32,000 nt of DNA, from NCBI RefSeq assembly GCF_000091665.1, contig NC_000909.1:1374118-1406117 (forward strand), written 5' to 3'. Numbering within the stretch: the first letter of the stretch is position 1; the number at the start of each line of letters is the position of its first letter. The position numbers and the translations under genes are program-made. This DNA is from Methanocaldococcus jannaschii DSM 2661. Lineage in GTDB: Archaea > AGJL01 > Methanococci > Methanococcales > Methanocaldococcaceae. Positions 28,301 through 32,000 of this stretch are shown here, piece after piece. The notes under the pieces are model-generated. The model was not told the origin of the DNA. It did not search any database and worked only from the letters and a program-made list of their open reading frames with translations.

Positions 28301-28789
28301 TTGGAAATAAGGAAAAGATATTTTTTAAGTAAAAAAGATGTTAAAAAAATAAAAAAAGAATTGGAAGTGTTTTTTGAAAATGTTGATGAGATAATCCCAA
28401 AAAAAGGAAATGTGGAGATAGCTATAACTGATGACTTTGAGATAATATTAGTCGATAAAGAGCCAATTGCATTTAAAAAAGATGATAAAGTAATTCCAAC
28501 ATTAAAATTGTTATTAAAATCCCTCCCAGATAAAAATTTAGTTGTTGTTGATATAGGTGCTATAAAATTTTTAATAAATGGAGCAGATGTAATGGCTCCA
28601 GGAATTGTAGATGCAGATGAAAATATTAAAGAGGAGGATGTTGTTTTTGTGGTAGATGAAAACCACAAAAAGCCAATATGTGTTGGAATTGCATTAATGA
28701 ATGGAAAAGAGATGAAAGAAGCAGATAAAGGAAAAGCTATTAAAAACCTTCACTATGTAGGAGACAAAATCTGGAATTTTAAGGGATAA
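28301..28789 (+). CDS. PUA-domain RNA-binding protein
   Basis: VVVDIGAIKFLINGADVMAPGIVDADENIKEEDVVFVVDENHKKPICVGIALMNGKEM is a classic PUA C-terminal domain. TTG start after GGTGAG. Confidence 0.88.
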   Translation: MEIRKRYFLSKKDVKKIKKELEVFFENVDEIIPKKGNVEIAITDDFEIILVDKEPIAFKKDDKVIPTLKLLLKSLPDKNLVVVDIGAIKFLINGADVMAPGIVDADENIKEEDVVFVVDENHKKPICVGIALMNGKEMKEADKGKAIKNLHYVGDKIWNFKG

Positions 28790-28791
28790 AA

Positions 28792-29535
28792 ATGAATGAT
28801 AAAAGGTATATGTTAATAATAGCTATTTGTTTAATTTTTTTATCTATATTGGTTTATTCAATACATTTTTTAATCTTTGGAAAAGTTGATTACATATTAA
28901 GCTATTTTTTATTACATTTGGCATTTGTTCCTATTGAAGTTTTGCTTGTAAGTTTAATCATTGAGAAAATTTTAGATTATAGGGAAAAAAAGAAGATATT
29001 GGAAAAATTAAATATGGTCGTTGGTTCTTTTTTTAATAGTGTTGGAGAGGAACTTTTAAAAATAATCTTAGAAGGAGATGTTGGGAATATAAGGGATTAC
29101 TTAAAAATATCAGATGAATGGAATGATAAAACTTACGAAGAAACAAAAAAATTATTAATGAATTATGATTGTAACATAGATATAGAAAAAATTGATTTAT
29201 ATAAGCTTAAAAATCTATTAGAGAGAAATAAAGAATTTCTTTTAAGATTGATGGAAAATCCTTTGCTATTGGAGCATGAAAGCTTTACCGAATTACTATT
29301 GGCAGTATTTCATTTAGCTGATGAGCTACATAGAAGAGAGGATTTAAGCAACCTTCCAAAAAGTGATTTAGACCATTTAAAAAACGATATTATTAGAGTT
29401 TATAAATTATTGATTATTCAATGGCTAAACTACCTAATGCACTTAAAAGATAACTATCCATATCTGTATTCATTATGTTTAAGGGCAAATCCATTTGATA
29501 ATAAGTCCATTATTATAGAGGAGGATGATAAATGA
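28792..29535 (+). CDS. Putative two-TM membrane protein with cytoplasmic helical domain
   Basis: MLIIAICLIFLSILVYSIHFLIF and ILSYFLLHLAFVPIEVLLVSLII hydrophobic segments followed by charged helical C-terminus. Overlaps next gene by 4 nt. Confidence 0.75.
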   Translation: MNDKRYMLIIAICLIFLSILVYSIHFLIFGKVDYILSYFLLHLAFVPIEVLLVSLIIEKILDYREKKKILEKLNMVVGSFFNSVGEELLKIILEGDVGNIRDYLKISDEWNDKTYEETKKLLMNYDCNIDIEKIDLYKLKNLLERNKEFLLRLMENPLLLEHESFTELLLAVFHLADELHRREDLSNLPKSDLDHLKNDIIRVYKLLIIQWLNYLMHLKDNYPYLYSLCLRANPFDNKSIIIEEDDK

Positions 29536-30194
29536 AAGAGAACAAATTTGAGATGATATACAAAATATACAAAATTTTATTAGATTATTATGGACATCAA
29601 AATTGGTGGCCTGCCGAAACAAGGTATGAGGTTGTCGTTGGAGCAATTTTAACTCAAAATACAAGTTGGAAAAATGTAGAGAGGGCTATAAATAATCTAA
29701 AGATGGAAGATTTGTTGGAAGAAGTAAAAATACTAAATGTTGATGAAGATAAACTAAAAGAACTTATAAGGCCAGCTGGATTTTATAATTTAAAAGCTAA
29801 GCGTCTAAAAAATGTAACTAAATTTATTGTTGAAAATTATGGAAATACAGAAGAGATGGCTAAGACAGATAAAGACACTTTAATATTAAGGGCTGAGCTC
29901 TTATCAATAAATGGAGTGGGAAAGGAAACAGCTGATAGTATTTTGTTGTATGCATTAGATAGGGAGAGCTTTGTTGTTGATGCCTATACCAAAAGAATGT
30001 TTAGTAGGTTGGGAGTAATTAACGAAAAAGCTAAATATGATGAGATTAAGGAAATATTTGAAAAAAATTTACCAAAAGATTTAGAAATATACAAAGAATA
30101 TCACGCATTAATAGTAGAGCACTGTAAAAAGTTCTGTAGGAAAAAGGCATTATGTGATAACTGTCCAATTAAAGAATTCTGCCTCTCAAAGTAA
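29532..30194 (+). CDS. Endonuclease III-like HhH-GPD DNA glycosylase with [4Fe-4S] loop
   Basis: VVVGAILTQNTSWKNVERAI; helix-hairpin-helix LLSINGVGKETADSILLYALDRESFVVDAYTKRMF; C-terminal CKKFCRKKALCDNCPIKEFC. Recalled as the M. jannaschii UDG-type glycosylase. Confidence 0.92.
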   Translation: MKENKFEMIYKIYKILLDYYGHQNWWPAETRYEVVVGAILTQNTSWKNVERAINNLKMEDLLEEVKILNVDEDKLKELIRPAGFYNLKAKRLKNVTKFIVENYGNTEEMAKTDKDTLILRAELLSINGVGKETADSILLYALDRESFVVDAYTKRMFSRLGVINEKAKYDEIKEIFEKNLPKDLEIYKEYHALIVEHCKKFCRKKALCDNCPIKEFCLSK

Positions 30195-30276
30195 TTTTTT
30201 GCTATCTTTAAAAAAGTATATATATGTGATTGAAAATTATAAGGGTTGATATTTATAAGATGTCAAAAGGTGGGAG

Positions 30277-30495
<219 letters not shown>

Positions 30496-30514
30496 ATACT
30501 AACTTCCCCATTCT

Positions 30515-30538
30515 TTTTTTCTCTTTTATTTATTATGT
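30515..30538 (+). terminator. Pyrimidine/T-rich tract downstream of hfq-like gene (putative archaeal intrinsic terminator)
   Basis: CCATTCTTTTTTTCTCTTTTATTT about 20-40 nt after the stop codon, without strong hairpin. Confidence 0.4.
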
Positions 30539-30635
30539 ATAAATTTATAAAAATAAATATAAACTATTTTAGTTAAGTTTAAATTTTGGGAGGTTATTAT
30601 ATTATTTTTTGCAAGTAGATTAAGGGGGATATTAT

Positions 30636-30929
30636 ATGCCAAAGATGGTTTTATTACCAAGAATGACAATGGCTTTAGGAGGATATATTAGAGAAACTAC
30701 CTTTCCTTATGAAGAGGATGATGAAGTAAAGCCCTTCCCATACAGAAATGTTATAGTTGGGAATCCAACAGATGAACCGATAAAGATAGAAGTTCCTGCT
30801 TATAATGAAGGTTGGATAGAGAGGCATAAAAAGTTAGGATTAATTGTTGTTCCTGTTAATGAGGATGATGACTTTGTTGGATTGTTTCAAATGGTCAAAG
30901 AGAAGGTAAAAAATGCTAAAAGGGAATAA
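30636..30929 (+). CDS. Conserved-looking hypothetical protein (97 aa)
   Basis: Compact ORF (MPKMVLLPRMTMALGGYIRETTFPYEEDDEVKPFPYRNVIVGNPTDEPIKIEVPAYNEGW...) with an upstream AGGGGGAT tract. No family recognised. Confidence 0.7.
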   Translation: MPKMVLLPRMTMALGGYIRETTFPYEEDDEVKPFPYRNVIVGNPTDEPIKIEVPAYNEGWIERHKKLGLIVVPVNEDDDFVGLFQMVKEKVKNAKRE

Positions 30930-30932
30930 AAT

Positions 30933-31619
30933 ATGATAAAGGGAATTTTGTTTGATTTAGACGATACCTTATATAATTCATCAGAATTTGTAGAGATTGC
31001 AAGAAGAGAAGCAGTTAAATCAATGATAGATGCTGGTTTAAATATAGATTTTGAAGAAGCAATGAACATATTAAACAAAATCATTAAGGACAAAGGTTCA
31101 AATTATGGAAAGCATTTTGATGATTTAGTTAAAGCTGTTTTAGGAAAATATGACCCAAAAATAATAACTACTGGAATAATAACCTACCATAACGTTAAAG
31201 TAGCATTATTAAGGCCTTATCCACACACAATAAAGACATTAATGGAACTTAAGGCAATGGGATTAAAGTTGGGGGTTATAACTGATGGATTAACTATAAA
31301 GCAATGGGAAAAGCTTATTAGATTAGGAATTCATCCATTCTTTGATGATGTTATAACCTCAGAGGAATTTGGTTTAGGAAAGCCTCACTTAGAGTTTTTT
31401 AAATATGGATTAAAGAGAATGGGTTTAAAAGCAGAAGAAACAGTATATGTTGGAGATAGGGTTGATAAGGATATAAAACCAGCTAAAGAGTTGGGGATGA
31501 TAACAGTTAGGATATTGAAGGGCAAATATAAAGACATGGAAGATGATGAATATAGCGATTACACAATAAACTCCCTTCAAGAGCTTGTAGATATTGTTAA
31601 AAATTTAAAAAAGGATTAA
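30933..31619 (+). CDS. HAD-superfamily hydrolase
   Basis: GILFDLDDTLYNSSEFV (DxDxT), LGVITDGLTIKQWEKLIRLGI, KPHLEFFKYGLKRMG, VYVGDRVDKDIKPAKELGM: all four HAD motifs. Confidence 0.93.
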   Translation: MIKGILFDLDDTLYNSSEFVEIARREAVKSMIDAGLNIDFEEAMNILNKIIKDKGSNYGKHFDDLVKAVLGKYDPKIITTGIITYHNVKVALLRPYPHTIKTLMELKAMGLKLGVITDGLTIKQWEKLIRLGIHPFFDDVITSEEFGLGKPHLEFFKYGLKRMGLKAEETVYVGDRVDKDIKPAKELGMITVRILKGKYKDMEDDEYSDYTINSLQELVDIVKNLKKD

Positions 31620-31644
31620 AATATAAAATTTTTTGGGGATAACA

Positions 31645-32000
31645 ATGTTTAAGGAATTTAAAGCACTGTTGTCATTTTTTACAAGGATTCCAATCTATGT
31701 AGAAGATTTTGATTTTGAAAACATTGCCAACTATTTTTATCTGATTATTTTAATTGGATATGTGTTTGGAATTTTTAGTTTGATATTAGGTTATATTTTT
31801 AGTTTTTTGCTCCCCAATTTTTTATCTGCTGTTTTAATTTTGTTTTTTATTGAATATTTAAACGGATTCCACCATATAGATGGTTTAATTGACTTTGGAG
31901 ATGGGTGGATGGCTGTTGGAGATAAGAGAAAGAAATTAATGGCTATGAAAGATAGATATATTGGCTGTGGAGGAGTAGTTTTTGCAATATTTTTTAATTT
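31645..32000 (+). CDS. cobS: Adenosylcobinamide-GDP ribazoletransferase, 3' truncated by window edge
   Basis: Translation of 31645 onward: [22 protein letters not shown]...[56 protein letters not shown] and [11 protein letters not shown] motifs are CobS-typical. Confidence 0.92.
   Translation, partial: MFKEFKALLSFFTRIPIYVEDFDFENIANYFYLIILIGYVFGIFSLILGYIFSFLLPNFLSAVLILFFIEYLNGFHHIDGLIDFGDGWMAVGDKRKKLMAMKDRYIGCGGVVFAIFFN

Overview
A 32 kb AT-rich, gene-dense archaeal chromosome segment. Gene content and GGTG(A)-type ribosome binding sites point to a hyperthermophilic methanogen. From recalled knowledge, intein sizes (499 aa in glmS; 548, 436 and 543 aa in rfcS) and gene order match Methanocaldococcus jannaschii around MJ1412-MJ1438; no database was searched. 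Most of the window is housekeeping or methanogen coenzyme genes: Mmp3-like protein, YbjQ family, lipoprotein, trpS, PurM/AIR-synthase-like protein, LonB protease, class II aldolase, UPF0147, glmS (one intein), cfbB, RFC small subunit (three inteins), cfbD, endA, comC, CBS protein, beta-RFAP synthase, TPR protein plus HerA-like ATPase, hisI, cofH, PUA protein, membrane protein, HhH glycosylase, Hfq-like protein, HAD phosphatase, and the start of cobS. No convincing new defence or mobile system is visible. Items worth follow-up: the four-intein cluster (about 6.1 kb) with HTH-like inserts; a G9 homopolymer at the lon 3' end whose -1 state would fuse lon to a coiled-coil/TM ORF; two uncharacterised coiled-coil/TM small proteins after lon; a decayed transposase fragment between glmS and cfbB; a nested inverted-repeat element between cfbD and endA; a paired-hairpin intergenic region between herA-like and hisI; and a translationally coupled TPR/HerA-like pair with no visible NurA.
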